Shown: positions 25,147 through 45,592, numbered from the stretch's first letter. The stretch: 64,000 nucleotides of DNA from Ramazzottius varieornatus (GCA_001949185.1 BDGG01000004.1:4311777-4375776), one strand, 5' to 3'. Translations and numbers: made by a program. The notes: generated by a model from the sequence alone, not told the origin.

Positions 25147-25963
25147 CGAAAAAACCTAACACCAAATCTGCAAGTTATTCCATTGTCAGTGCGCGCTGGC
25201 TTCGCACGCTTGCCTCGATTCTTATCCCAGACCGACCATCGGCTTACGCTAGTCCGTTGGCGGAGTCAGTCAACATCCAATAAGATCGAAAAGGAGGTAC
25301 AGCTTGGTGGATCCGATGTACTCGCCGAGGACGATTGGGCAGTGATGGAATGGAGCGACCTGGGGAATGGCTTCAGTACTGTAGCTTGTCAGTCAGCGAA
25401 GCCAAAAAACTTCTGGCGTAGGTGTCCTCCTCCACAGTGAGCGCAAACAAATCCAGCCTGGTTGGTCGAGATTTGCTTCTTGCAGACATCTTTGCAAAGA
25501 ATCATAAAGAACTTTATAACAATTCCGCCTAATGCGTTACTCGAACAAATTAATTTTCGACTTCCGCTGCGATAAAGCGCGGATTGCGAAACCTGACTCA
25601 AGATTGTCACGCCCACGAGCTAATGGCCAACTTTCTTACAAAAAGAGAGAAATATGGAGATCGGTTAGTGGATCTCTTAAACCACGCTGAGCACTTCGTC
25701 CGGAAACCACCTTAGTACTGCTGATAAAACACTTCTGTTTCTGCAAGCCATTCTGTGTTCCGTTAGGTAATTCTTACTTTTTGGACATTAGTTTCTTATA
25801 ACTTTTATTTTTCTTGGTGGAATTATCTGATCCCTTCGTTCAGTTATTCTTCGAAGTGAAGCTCTGGTGCACTTCCATGGATATGACATTGACGTATTAG
25901 AGTGTTCTTTCGACCGAAGTGGTTCAGCGACAGAGGAACAGCGGATCATTGGACAGTCCAACG

Positions 25964-28900
25964 ATGCTGTTCAACATCGAGGATGAGTATGCTCTAACGG
26001 CATGGATCAGTTTGCACCTGGATCCCATTACCAGTAAAGATCCCAAACAGACAGCCAGATACGTTGTCGCGTTCGTCAAGAAGAGCAAGGATGATAAGGA
26101 TGTGGAAGCACTGAGATTGATGTATCGAAAGAGGATGTTGGACTTTATCGACGACAGTACGTTTCTTGAGCTTGATTGATTCGCTCTGTGTCAAGTTGTC
26201 GATATACCGTATACCCATCCGTTTTTTCAGAGGACAGACTATACGACTTCTGTGACGACTTAATCGATGCGCTGAAGTCGGGAAGGTATATGGAAGTCCG
26301 CGAACATCCTTCGTACAACACACTCCTTGAAGAAACAGGACCTTTGGTAAGCGTCGTACAGTCTTCACGGTTGCCCGCCATTTGAATGGCCGAAGTGTTT
26401 CACCGTGAAACTTTCACGGCAAAAACTTCTAAATAATTTGTTGGAATAGACTCCATCGAACAAGGAATTTTTCCCGAACGTGAAGGAGGAGGATCGACGT
26501 GACATGCGGGACCGCGACAGAAGCCGCAGTCCTAAGGCCAGAAGAAATCGACCGAGGTACCGTAACTGCTTGGGAATTCTACTCCATTGCATTACTTTCA
26601 GTTTTAGATACGACGCTAGCTGGTTGTTATTTGTTTAGAACTCCGGATGATGATGAGACGGACGAAGCTATCGAAGACAAACCACCGGTGCAAATTAAGA
26701 CTAGTCCGGAACAAGTACAGCCAAAGGCCGTCGTCAACAGTACGATATCTGTAGTGGATGATGCGCTCGCCAAACGGCTAGGCAAACGACCCGCTCACGG
26801 AAGACTCAGCTGTAAAGATTTCAACGGTAAAAATCGTGCTGATTTTTTCACTTGAATAGTTTGGATAAGGAGGAAACTCTGGTCACTGTTGACTAGCCTC
26901 GACGACCATGATGACTGAACTTGGGTATCCAACTATGGAGCCTGAATAGAATGTTGTTCGATAGAGAAAGGATTTTGTATGCGAGGTCAGTTCTGCCCGT
27001 ACGATCATGGGACTGATCCAGTAGTATGGCAGAACGCTCCCCGACCGCAAATGGAAGTTCCCGTAATACGGTATCCACCTCCACGGATGCCTGTAATGCC
27101 AGCACCACCGAGATTACCCATGCCCGGCTTTCCACCTCTATTACCGCCTGGAATCAGTAAGACATATAGTACTGTGAGCTGTTTAGACGTCCTGTCTTAA
27201 CGACTTTTTGGGTTTCAGTGCGTCCTGTAATGGGTCGGAGAATACGTCCAGATGGACCACCACTAATGCCGCAGTTTATGCGTCCACCAAAGCCCGGTCC
27301 GCCACCGAACATGCAACGACCAAATATGCAGCGAGAAAATATCGTCGGCATTCCGCAAGGTAACACAAGAAGTACGAAAAGAGGGGCTGACAATCATATT
27401 TCAGTTTTTGAATACCGAGATACTGAACGTTCTGTTTTTCGTATGTAGATGAGATGCTCTTTCGTGGCGGTGATTTCGGGAAAAGAGAAAATGAAAACAG
27501 AATGAATGAGATTCCACCCAAACGACTCGCTGTTGGTGACACTTCAGGCAACAACTGTTCGCTCGAAATCCAAAACATTCCGCCTCAGTTGAACAATATC
27601 ACCGCGCTAAATGCGCATTTTAATAAATACGGGCCTATGACGAATGTCCAGGTTTGTCAATGCCAATCTTTGCGTCTTGATGTGATTCCTGTTCTTTTTC
27701 ACGTTGTTTGCGTCTCTCCAGGTATCGTATAATAATCACCCTGGTACTGCTCTCGTGACATTTTCAACTCCCGATGCGGCCATGCGGGCCTTTAGCAGTC
27801 CGGAACCCGTTCTGAATAACCGATTCATTCGCATATCGTGGCATAATGACAACAAACCTCAGGCAGTGCGTATCCGAAAAAGCTGTGTTATGGACGTATC
27901 ACCTTTGTGTGGCTTTCACACTGTCTCTTCTTGTAGCCGATTCAGCTGAAGAGAACTGTAACTTTCATGCCCACGAACCCTCCGCCCGCTGCACCCGTAG
28001 TCAAGAAAACTGAAACAACTGAACAGCTTCCGACAAAACCGGTAAGTGGCAGATGACTGAGTTTTCCCTTGGGAAATATCTGAACTATAACCATCTAATG
28101 TCAAGTTTTTTTGTGATCGCCGAATTTGCAGGAAGAAACAACGAATCCAGTCGCTCCGGGCTTCACTTCCGGGTTCCATCTCCGCCTGTCACCGGTCGGT
28201 GCGCCCAGTAGCCGTGGACGCGCCTCCCGGTACATGCGCGGATCCGTGGTCCGCCATGAAAGACCTCACGCTGTGCCGGATCAGCAGCAAGTGCTGTCAG
28301 CACACCACAAGCTAATTTTCCTGAGTTTGCAAGTATCGAAAGCGGAAGGAGAGGTTGAAAAGGCCCAGGTAGACTTATCAGTTATTACTGTTTAGTTTTT
28401 GGTACTGACGATTACCTCAAAATCTTTTCTCAACATGGGATTCTACTACAGGCACAGATTAGCAGTTGCGATGAAGTTCTGGCAAAGCTTAACACATCAA
28501 TACAGTCGTATCAGCAAACAAGCGACAAAACGAAAGCTCGTCTGGATAGCGACCCCAACGGACCCAAAGCGGCAGAGATATCTGGAGTAGGTTTCCCGTT
28601 GGTGTATAAATTCTTCGGAGATTTTCAGTACTGTCAAGATATTATTGGTAATATTTGCTTTGTAGTTACTGGAGAAATTTGTCAACCAGATAAAGCAATG
28701 GCAAGAAGAAGTTCGAAGGAAAGAGGAAGAGCGTTCCGATTTGGTAAAAGGCAGAGAGGAGGCTGAGGCTATGCTGAGCGCTGCTCGGAAACGTCTGAAT
28801 GATGTAAGCTTTTGATTGTTAGTTATAACATGTGCTAGCGATGTTTTCGATCCAAACGTATTTTTCTGTAGGCACAAAAGAATATCGCGCAAGCAGATGC

Positions 28901-29789
28901 ATCCGTCGAGGAAGTCGATCAAAAAGTACGAGTACATTTTGTGTGGCATCGGTTCCGCCTCTGTCACTGGCTACGTTAACCGTTTTCGTCTTCTGCAGTT
29001 TTCGGAAACTTCGCTCCGTTCGCGGGCTAACGGAAGGGTCGCGCGAACTCCGAGAGGCGCCACCCGCGGAGGTCGAGTGGCCCGTCGTTCAGTGGGAGCA
29101 ACTCGTGCACGTCGGCCTGCTCGAGGACAGCCTTTCAACAGAAGTGTGGATCGGCGGCCTAAGCGCCTCCGGCTATCCGGCTTTGAGAAAGAGGAGAAGC
29201 ATGCACTCATCGGCCAAGTCGAGGTATGCTTGGCTAGCACTTGATTTAGAAAATGCTGCAGCACGTCTTACAGATAGGTGACTAATCATTGCTGCTGCTC
29301 GTTTCAGGAGATTGGAGGCGTTGTGGAAGCATCCTCTGATCCAGATGACGCATCCGCTTGGATCACTGCTAGATTCAATACTCGCTTTGATGCGGAACAG
29401 GTAATCAAAATCCCTACCTTTGTGGTGGCACATCCATGCTCGTCTGTGTTATATCTTATGAAATTTATCTTGCGTGCTGTAGTTTCTGCGGAATGTGTCA
29501 CAAGGAGACAAGAAGCCAGTTACTACTTGGATAGCAGACGAGGAGGTCCCTCAACCAGCTGGAGAACATGATATGGAAGCAAATGCTGAGCTGGAGAATG
29601 AAGTGCACGATGACGACTCTAACAGCGCATTCGCTGACGTTCCGACGGATCTCATGGACAATTCAGCCCTTCAGGATACATCCGATAGTAATGTGAGCGG
29701 TAGCATTTCACGAGGTTATCGTATAACTATGTTCTGATGATGTTGCTTTGCAGCTGGACGCTGATCTATCTGCCGCAACAGCAACGTGA
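25964..29789 (+). CDS. RBM26: RBM26/27 (Swm) RNA-binding protein: PWI + CCCH + RRMs
   Basis: PWI-like ALTAWISLHLDPITSKDPKQTARYVVAFVKK; CCCH CKDFN|EKGFCMRGQFCPYDHGTDPVV; Pro-rich segment; RRM LEIQNIPPQLNNITALNAHF...PEPVLNNRFIRISWH; VDRRPKRL. Confidence 0.92.
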
Positions 29790-31333
29790 AGTTCGGGACG
29801 CAGGTTCTCGGTTCGACGGAGTTTTGGTAACCTTCTTTTGATGTTTTTTCGTATTAGATGTTTTTAAAGTTTTCTTGACGATTCTCGTTTTTCATATGTA
29901 TAAAATTGATACCTCTGCTCTTATTAAGCTTAAGGTTAAGACTAATATTTATTTTCAGGGAAAACAGGAGCAGCGTCGTGTCCGCTGCTGTAAAATAATT
30001 TTGCACAAATTTTCTCTCAAGAGTGACTGTGATATTGGTGTGTGTGTAATTGAATTGCTGAAGCTGGGCTTCGGACAAGCAGAAAAGTTCTCTAGTCCGA
30101 ACAACTGAACAAGGACTCAACATGAAAAGAACAAAACCAAAACAACAAGCTACGGTCATGCTCAATGTGCTTTGTAATTGATTAAAGAACGCTTTGGACT
30201 ATACTGGATATCCAAACACTTCCGATGCCCTCTATAGCCGAATATCCAATTCCAACGAGGCTCCGACCTCTTTCAAGCTGAGGTTTTGCACTTGAAAGAA
30301 ACGGGAGAGAGATGTGAGAAATAAAGTACGGGAATAGGTGGACAACCTCCAGGAAGTAAACCGGGAACTGCGACGACCCCTTGTGCAGGTCAGGTCATGT
30401 GTCAGATGGGCGGATCCACGTTAGTAAGTCATACAATCTTCCGCTTAGCGTTGATTGTTGATGTCGGAGATTCTGTTCTTCCGGTGTGTTCACGTGTTTC
30501 ATCGGAATTTGAGCACTGATGTGCTGCTGAAGCGCGTGTTGCTGGAAGGAAGCACACCGTAAAGTATCCTTGACATTATGCGTCAAAGCATAATGCGGGG
30601 CAGAATTTGATCATGACGTAACCATTCTATGACGCACCAGATTGTTAATTTGACCGAAAAGTTGGATCATTCAATCAACCTCCACCGCAGCTTGGGTATG
30701 AAAAAGAAAAACCACACTTCGGTTGATTCGGCTGCACCTGTCAACTCAATATTTGAAAAAGCACTTCTTCCGGGATTCGATGCCAAGGTTTCGCATATAC
30801 GAGACCTGGTTCCGGTAATTTCATGGCCTACCATTTTAATTTTGCGCGTTTGGCTTGCCAAGCTCCGACAGACGCGCGCTTCAGCAGCACATCAGTGAAT
30901 TTGAGTCGTTTGGGAAAGAACAGCAGGAGAGTGGCATAAGTTGGAAAACTTGGCGGGAGTGAAGTATTTTCTTGTTTTCAGAATCCAACTGCTTATTTCC
31001 TGATGGTCCTCCTTGGGATAGCACAAGGATCTTCGTCTTTGGTCTGTTTATCCGTCCAGCGCGAGTAATCTATGTGAAGACGCATAGCTAGGTAAGTCGC
31101 ACGAGCAGTCTGTGCAGAATCGATTCTAGCTCATCAGAAGGTGTCTTGCCTCAAACTACAGTACAGCCATGTACCCAGTGGTTTCTCGAAGAAAAGCAAC
31201 AGCTCGTTTGCGAAATCTTGTCAGTCTACAATAACTTCAGTCTTTCGTTCTGAATCCCGAATGTGCGGGTCTGTGTACACGCATTATCTTTGCAGATCTG
31301 GCTTCGTCAGACTTGGGTGAGACATTATAGAGG

Positions 31334-37827
<6,494 letters not shown>

Positions 37828-38252
37828 GCAATTTTCTCTCGTTTCATGGACTTTTTTCCTTTTTTGAACTGTGCTGTGAGCGCTCTTTTCCTCCGTACGG
37901 ACAAGTGCTTTGCGACCTACCGTACAACGTTTGATTTCTTCGGTTTCTTTGTTTTTCGAAGGTGTTTTTGTTTATCTGTTTTACACAAACAAGGCTTGAT
38001 TCATTTTGAGTCACCTACGACAATCTTTTGGTATGGTACTCTTGTAGCCATTCTCTTTGAGAAGATCTACGACAGTTTTCAGTTGTTCTCATCGCGTAGT
38101 GTTTGTGACAAGGAGCGCAAATCTCGTTCCAAGCCTTTTGTGATCTGTATCATGAACACGTAAGTTTTACTGTCAGTTTCCTCGTTCTCTTTTCATTCGT
38201 CCAGAAAACCTGAGTGGTTTCCGTAAACTTGCAGAAACTTGCAGTTCGGTTT

Positions 38253-38484
38253 ATCAGGCCGAGCGAAGCGAGGCCCTTTAAGTCTGTCGAGATTTCAATG
38301 GACGATCAGATTCTTCGAGCTTTCAGATATCGCAAACACAGTACTAGAAAAAGACACGCCACTTGATCGGGGCGATTAAAAATTTTACTGGGGAACCGTA
38401 CTGTGAGTCACAAGTAAAAGTGCTCGCTCTACAATGGTTTGCCTCCTTTGCTCGGCCTTTCCAGTGGTCAGAACCACTAGCTAG
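38253..38484 (+). mobile_element. Non-autonomous Helentron-associated (HINE/DINE-1-like) element
   Basis: T-run flanks on both sides; 5' atcaggccgagcgaagcgaggcc (subTIR plus small inverted repeat); 3' subTIR gctcggcct (38450-58); agtggt...accact hairpin; ctag end. Confidence 0.7.
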
Positions 38485-38672
38485 TTTATGCCCAACTTGG
38501 CAACGAAGAACCTCCCTGTATTCATGGCTCGAACGTCATACCGTAAAGGTATTGGAGCTGTATAGCATGGAGTTTTGTACTGGACATTGCATCCATCCTG
38601 TTTCAGCAGACTGATAATGTATGACTCCAAGTAAGGCTGCTCTCTGGCGGCGTCGCATTATCTGGACAAACA

Positions 38673-40347
38673 ATGGCGCAACTCAACGAGCCAAGCATCG
38701 ACGTGGAGCAGCTGCGACTGGACCAGCTCTACTTGGCCGTCGTCCCGTCCATCTACCTCTCCACACTACCCGATGGTTCTTCGCCGGAAAAGAAACTTGA
38801 CCAAGTGTTGAATCATGAAGCTTCGATACAGCATCTAATGAACAAATTCCGGACTGAACAGTTCGGATTCGATGTGGCATACAAAACAGTCCGCGACGGG
38901 CTCGCCAAGAACCGCCTTCTCGTTGACCACGCCACACAGATCTTCTCGTCTGATATCACGGATCTGGACGAGCTCTTTGAGACGGGCCATCAGATCGTCC
39001 TGGATTTACAGTCGATGGACACTGAGTTCAACCAAATTTACGAGCTGATACCGGTTGAGCTTGATCGTCAAATCAGCGAACTGTATTCGAAGCTTTACAA
39101 CGAAGCGATGGACAATATTGCGTGGCAAAATGACCGGTCTGCCACGTACCTGGAAAGACTGTTCAAGTATTTCGACCAGCAGTACCAGGATGCAGTGGCT
39201 AGTTTACTGCGATGGTGGAAGCACTATGACGAAATGCTCATGGTCAGGTTTGAAAGGGATGCTATGGTCGGCAATAATGACGTCCAGATTATGGTCAGAA
39301 CCTATCAGAAGCAGTTGCGTTCCAGAAATATGGTTCTTGAGGGACTTCAACGAGATGTAAGTTGTTTTCGTTCTTTGACTGAAGCGGATTCAATGAATAC
39401 GTAAGTTATGTTATTCGCTCTGTTCGACAGGTAGGCTAAAATTCTCATGGATCAAATCAAAGAGCTTGACGAAAGGAGAAAACACATTGAGCAAACGTCC
39501 CGCGGCAAAGTCATCCAGAAAGAACGGGAAATCGAGCGCGTGACTGAAACTTTTAGGCAGGTCGGTGCATCAGTGGAAATTTTACGGAATGAGGAGCTGG
39601 CTCTTCAGGCAGCTCTCTCAGCGAAGCGTGTCGTATTCGAAAATCTGTCCGATGAAGTCAGCTTTTTGAAAAGACGACTGGAAGGTATTCTTGCGAATTT
39701 CACAATTATCATATAAACAAGTATACACGGGTGCAATTTCTACAGAGAAGACGCAAGCTAATAAAAACGCGCTGATGGCGGCGGCTGCCGAGCTCGACCA
39801 AGAAGAGAGTATTCTTGCTGGTATGGTCAAAGAGTACGAAGAGTGTCAAACACTGCTCAATGCGCCGGACGATGTGATTCGGGAAGAACTGATCCAGCAA
39901 GAAAGTCTCCAGATGCAGATCGCGGAAGCAAAACGGGAGCAAGTTGCGTATGACCAGCAAAAACGCATCGCGGAGCAGGAAGTTCGCGGTCTGGACAGAA
40001 TCTACGATAAGCGTTTTTTGGTATTACAAAAGATTGGTTTTGTCTTACGCAACGAAACGTATTTGCGACGGCTGTTAGAGAAAAAGTTTTATCGCTCGTC
40101 AAACTTCATGAGCTTGAAGGAACTGGGCAAGATGGACGAATCTCCGAGGAAGCGCTCAATGGCGAAGGACCCGGAACTGAAAGCTTTCGGTGATCAAGAG
40201 CCAACTACCGCGGGGGGTGATCGCTTGAGCATTTCATCATCCATGAATCTTCTCCAGAGTATGCTCACGAGTACGGAGCCGGACAACTGCACTATTAATG
40301 CAATCATCATCGCGAGGAAAGTAGAAGAACCGGACGGCTGGTGGTAA
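38673..40347 (+). CDS. Orphan ~510-aa coiled-coil protein; 3 exons
   Basis: Good ATG context; ORFs 38673-, 39447- and 39691- join via GT-AG introns at ~39357-39434 and ~39685-39745; long E/K/Q/L-rich heptad-like stretches. Confidence 0.8.
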
Positions 40348-40550
40348 CTGAATCTCGTCTACGACCTCAGTTCGCCCGGATGTTACCGAAGCTTGACTTA
40401 GTGTCGTTTGTCGTTTTATCTGTGCCTTGTGATTAACTGGTATTTATTTACTACTGTAAAATGATGAGCACCACGGCAAAATTGATAAGAAATCATTCTG
40501 CTGGAACAGCCTGGAAGTTTGAGGATCCGCCTTTATGCAAAGGTACAGTA

Positions 40551-40928
40551 GCTAGACTCAAAGCTGGCGTTTACGTAAAAGTAGTCGTTTAAAAACGGCG
40601 TTTGTTTAAGTAAATCAACCAATCACGTAATCAATTGAAATTTCAGGTCTGAGTACCGAAATAATCAATCACAGTCTAGCATACCAAATGACGTAGAAAA
40701 GGCTGTGACGTCAGAAACATTGAAGGGAGTTTTTTGAGCGGAACATTTTCGCGCACGATGCCGACATCACGGAGGCGATTAACAGGCTCCGTTTAGCTAA
40801 ATGGACGATTTCAATCCGTTTAGCTAAACTGAGTGGGCGGGGTCTGTTTGGCGAGCTTGATCAATCCCAACGTCCGTTTAGCTAAACAAACGGCCCAAAT
40901 TTAGGTAAACGCCAGCTTTGAGTCTAGC
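40551..40928. mobile_element. MITE with 24-bp TIR
   Basis: gctagactcaaagctggcgtttac / gtaaacgccagctttgagtctagc with TA flanks; three internal ccgtttagctaaa repeats. Confidence 0.85.
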
Positions 40929-41274
40929 TAGTGCATTCGGTACACGTACGTTTAAGTCATTTTGATCCCATTGCGGTTTGTGGGGTCTGAACTCTGAAGT
41001 TGTAGACGCGGAGTCGTGGACATACCGACAGAGCAGTTGACAGCATGGTTGATTGTTCCACACCGTTGATTGGGCTGTGTTGGTTTTCTAGAGCAAATTT
41101 TACAAACAGCCATCGACGCGTAGGTCCTCTTCCTGTCTAACTTAAGAACTTTTCCGTTGTGTTCGTTTCCTCCGTTCCACTCTGCTCCGTTCGTCTCCGT
41201 CCCTGTTTAGAGTGCATGCGCCAGCTGTGAGCCTGTGGACCAAGGTCCATCGCGATTGAACTTCTGGTTTTACA

Positions 41275-44200
41275 ATGGCGTGGAAAAGTCAACCGAAAGG
41301 AAACGTTCAGGTGTCGCATGGAAGTTCGAAGAATAGTGGATCGATGCCGTCTTCCAACAACGGTAAGTTTCCCTTACCTTTAAATCTGTCTTCGATTATC
41401 AGTAGAAAGATATATTGCAGGCTACTCAAACTTGCAGCGCTTCGAAGCCGTGGCCAAGCAGCACCAGCATGGAATATCACAGAAGCTAGCTCAGCTCCAA
41501 CACGCCATCGGCGATGGGGACGACAGCGAAGACGAGGATATCGAGAACAAGGACGCCATCCTCCAACAGATCCTCCGTAATTACGCAGGTAGCGGTGACG
41601 CCAGCAGTGCCTTGCGCGTCCTTGGGAACGCTGCCGTCGGTTCAGGAACCTGTCTCATTTGCATCGGGTCCATTCGACGCTCGGACGCAGTGTGGAACTG
41701 CGCAAACTGTTCCGTCTCTTTACACCTTACCTGCACGCAGAAATGGGCGAAAGATGGTGTGATACGAAGCTCGAACTTCCTCTCCGATGAGCTGTTTCCG
41801 GACAAGGATAAGTTCTGGGCCTGTCCGAAGTGTAGGTTCGAGTATAACGTGAGGGACGCACCTGTACGATATTTCTGCTTCTGTGGAAAGACAGTCGACC
41901 CAAAGGACGACCCGTGGACCCTTCCTCATAGCTGTGGTGAGACTTGCGAGAAGCCGCTGAAGTCGGGATGTCAACACAAATGTCTCCTCCTTTGCCATCC
42001 TGGACCGTGCCCGCCATGTCCAGCGCAGAACCTCGTCACTTGCTTCTGTGGTCAACAGAAGACTATGGTCCGATGTGGAACAGCGAAGAGCAGTTGCGGA
42101 AGGAACTGTTCGAAACCGCTGTCATGCGGTAAACATCCGTGCTCTAAGGTTTGCCACGATGGAGAATGTCCACCTTGTCCGAAGAAAGTTTCCCTGCAGT
42201 GCGTTTGTGGAGCTGAAAAGAACAGTCAGCCTTGTGGAACAAAAGAATGGCACTGCCAACGGTAAGCTCGATAAAGCGGCCCATGATGTCATGAAAAGTT
42301 TCCGTAATATGACAGTGTCCGTCTTAATTTGTGTTCTTTACAATTTTAACAATTATAACGTCATACGTCGATTAGGTTGATCTCATCTATATTCATGGCA
42401 CGCTCTAGTGAGCAGTTTCAGCTGATGTTACTGATATTTTCTATTATATTACTGATATATTCTATTGCAGGCCGTGCGGTAAGCGTTACCCGTGTGGAGT
42501 CCATTCCTGCTCGCAGGTTTGCCACGTTGGCGACTGCGGTTCATGTAGCCGCAGTTTCCCTCGCTCATGTCCTTGTGGAAAGACCTTAGCAGTTGCAGAC
42601 TGTACCGCTGAAGTCCTTCCTTGCGATAACATCTGCGGGAAGTCAGTTTGTCCGCAGCATTCCTGTCACGAGCTGTGCCACGTAGGCGACTGTGGTCCTT
42701 GCTTGGAACTGGTCAAGAAGACTTGTCCGTGCGGTGCAAAGACAAAACAAGCTCCTTGCTCAAAACCATTCGTCTGTGACACGAAATGCAAATCCCACCG
42801 AGATTGTGAGCGACATCCATGTAACAAGAAATGCTGCACCGGCAGACACGCAGCATGCGACCAACCATGTAACCGAGTCCTCAACTGTCGCACACACAAA
42901 TGCGAAAGCAGGTGTCATTCTGGCCAGTGTTATCCATGTACTCAAACAATCGATGTAGTCTGTGCTTGTGGGGGAACAGTAGTTAACGTACCGTGTGGAA
43001 GGGAGAAGTCCATGAAGCCCCCGAAGTGTCGTTTGCTGTGTGCCAACCCTCCAGACTGTCATCATTCCTCGCGAACTGATCACTACTGTCATTTCGGTCG
43101 CTGTCCTCCTTGTTCACAGATGTGCTCGAAGACCCTGCCGTGCTCGCATCGGTGTACTGCACCGTGTCATTCGGCGGTGGAGGTATTGGTGAGAAGTGAC
43201 AAGGAACGACCATCGGGTCCTTGGGAAATGAAGGCCTCACCGGAACTGGAGGTGCGCGAGTACCCTTGTGGTCGATGTGAAGAGGTGGTACCCGTTTCGT
43301 GTTTGGGTGGGCATGATGAGACTCCGATGAAGTGCTGTGAGCAGAGAATGGTTAGCTGTGGCCGTCGGTGTGGTCGACGACTGGAATGCGGGAACCATAC
43401 TTGCTCATTGGTTTGTCATGCTGTCGAGAGACCCACCGATCTTGAACAAGTAGGAAAAGTCAAATCAATCCGAATTCTAGTAAATTCTACAAATGCTCGT
43501 TACACCTGCTTGTTTTCTGTAGCACGACCCAACCATGTGCGAAGGATGTACATCACTCTGCTCGCACCAGAAAGCTTGTGGACATCCGTGCCTGCTGCCT
43601 TGTCATCCCGGTAAGAAAATTCCTGTACTCGCAGAGAGAAGTTTCCGTAATTTGACTTCATATCCCAAACAGTTCAGTATGACATTACGAGATCATATGT
43701 TGATGAAGTTGACTTGATGTTGAACCGGGAACCGGTTTCTGCTTTCAGGAGCTTGTCCTTCGTGCCCGGAAGTGGTGAAGGTGAAGTGCTACTGTCAGAG
43801 CATGGTGTTGAGATTCTCCTGTGGAAAGTTGACCAGCTCTTCTGGTGAGGCCAAGCGGGAAATGCTTTCCTGCAAGATTCAATGTCCCACCTTGATGTCC
43901 TGCCAGCATCCCTGCACCAAGCTATGCCATCCTGCAGATGAACCCCACAGTTTGCCCGCAGAGTGCAAGAAGAAATGTGCCGTAAAGTGTGACTGCGGAC
44001 GGATAAAAGAACAGCAGCAGTGTTGCAAGATCACAAAGGGGTACAAAATTGCTTGCGACCAAGAATGTCAAAATATCGCCGAGGCAAACAAAAAGGTAAG
44101 CATGATTATCGACGAAATCGAAAAACAGAGTCGTCCACCAGAACTCAACAACGTAATACTGTGTAACAGGATGCGGAAGACAAAATCAAAAAGGCACTGG

Positions 44201-44400
44201 ATGAGAAGGTCCAAAAAGAACAAGAGATGCAAGAGCAGTACGATCGAAAGCTTCGTGGGCGGAAACGACGACGTGAGCGGAACAACTTGGATGATGAAGA
44301 AGAGGGATCATTCCTTCGCCAGCACTGGTCAAAGATAGCGGGCGTCGCAACATTCGCAATAGTTATGGCATTCTTGATGCATAATCTTCTAGCCGTTTGA
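41275..44400 (+). CDS. NFXL1: NF-X1-type zinc finger protein NFXL1
   Basis: RING/PHD-like CLICIGSIRRSDAVWNC...HLTCTQKW; YFCFCGK...PHSCGETC; many CHPGPCPPC-type NF-X1 fingers; coiled coil; C-terminal TM IAGVATFAIVMAFLM. Confidence 0.95.
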
Positions 44401-44470
44401 ATGGATACTCATCTACAAAAATAATTTATTTTATACACTCCAAAGTCAAAGCTACACATATTTATTATTA

Positions 44471-45592
44471 CTAATCATCTTCGCCAATTCTTTTCCGGTG
44501 ACCTTGGCTGCTTTGCGCAATGAAAACGTAGTCTTTGAAATCCCACTTTGCTGTGCCGTGGTAGAAAATATTCGTCAGCACCACCAAATATTCGCAAATT
44601 GCAAACCAAGTGTAAACTAAAAACAAGCAATATCCTCGATAACTTCGTAGAATTGATTGACTTCACACGATGAGTACTTACTTCCGGGTTCGCAATGATT
44701 ATTGTGCCGAAAAAAGAAGTAAATAGACCAGGCGAAAACAAACACGTTGGCTCCGGATAGTCGTATCTTCCATTTTAACGACGTTGCAAGGTCCACGTTG
44801 TCAGGATAGACAACGGTAAGATGCCAGAAAAGATAGTTCGTGAGCAGCATGTGCGCGATGGAAAATACCATGAAGGAAATAAACATCATCTCATGGACAC
44901 CTACAACGAATACAAACTTTAATAGCTAAATACAGTGTTCGAGTTAAATTTGCTTGCACGCTGAATGAAACGATAAAAAAACCACACGGCTAACAGTGCT
45001 GCTAAGGCTTACCGTAATTTTCAGAAGAGGAGACGTATGTTAACAAAACCAGGGCCGATATCTCGAGTACATTGATAACACAGTTAGCCATGACAGCGTG
45101 CCGGAGAATCGGGTTGTAGTTTATGGAAGGAAAGGATTGGTAAAAGTTGAGATACATGATGGAAACGAAAAGTCGGGGAGCGCTGTGGAAGGCGACACCG
45201 GTTCGCCTAAAGTAAAGAAACAGCGTCGATGATCATTGATCAGTACCGTGGCCAACTTGTTGCCGGATACAACGGTACCCCCGAACGCCTTGAGCTGAAG
45301 CTTACCATATGTATCGTTGTGGAGTGAAACCTCCGATGGATGCGCTCAGTGAAGGAAGGTAATTCGCGACCTGTAAGAACAAAACATGATTAGAAAGCGA
45401 CATTGTTTGGATTGCTCCCAAGGGCGATGATGCACTTACTCCGCAGTGCGTTGCGACTGCTCGTTCGAAATCGTAGTAGACAGCCAAGAAGACACATATT
45501 ATCAAGCTGAATAACGGAAGGGCAAGAGTTATGCAGAACAAAACTTCAAAGTTGATCCTCATTAGAGCCCCATAGGACTTGGTCTGCGCCAT
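44471..45592 (-). CDS. PGAP2: Post-GPI attachment to proteins factor 2 (Frag1 family)
   Basis: ATHCG|VANYLPSLSASIGGFTPQRYIW|R...HSAPRL; LLTYVSSSENY|GVHE; FFFRHNNHCEPG|IYTWFAICEY. Confidence 0.93.

Noticed and set aside
40501-40524. ~20-nt similarity to 49742-49764 (ctggaacagc.tggaagtttg)
   Set aside because: A single short gapped match with no flanking similarity; compatible with chance.
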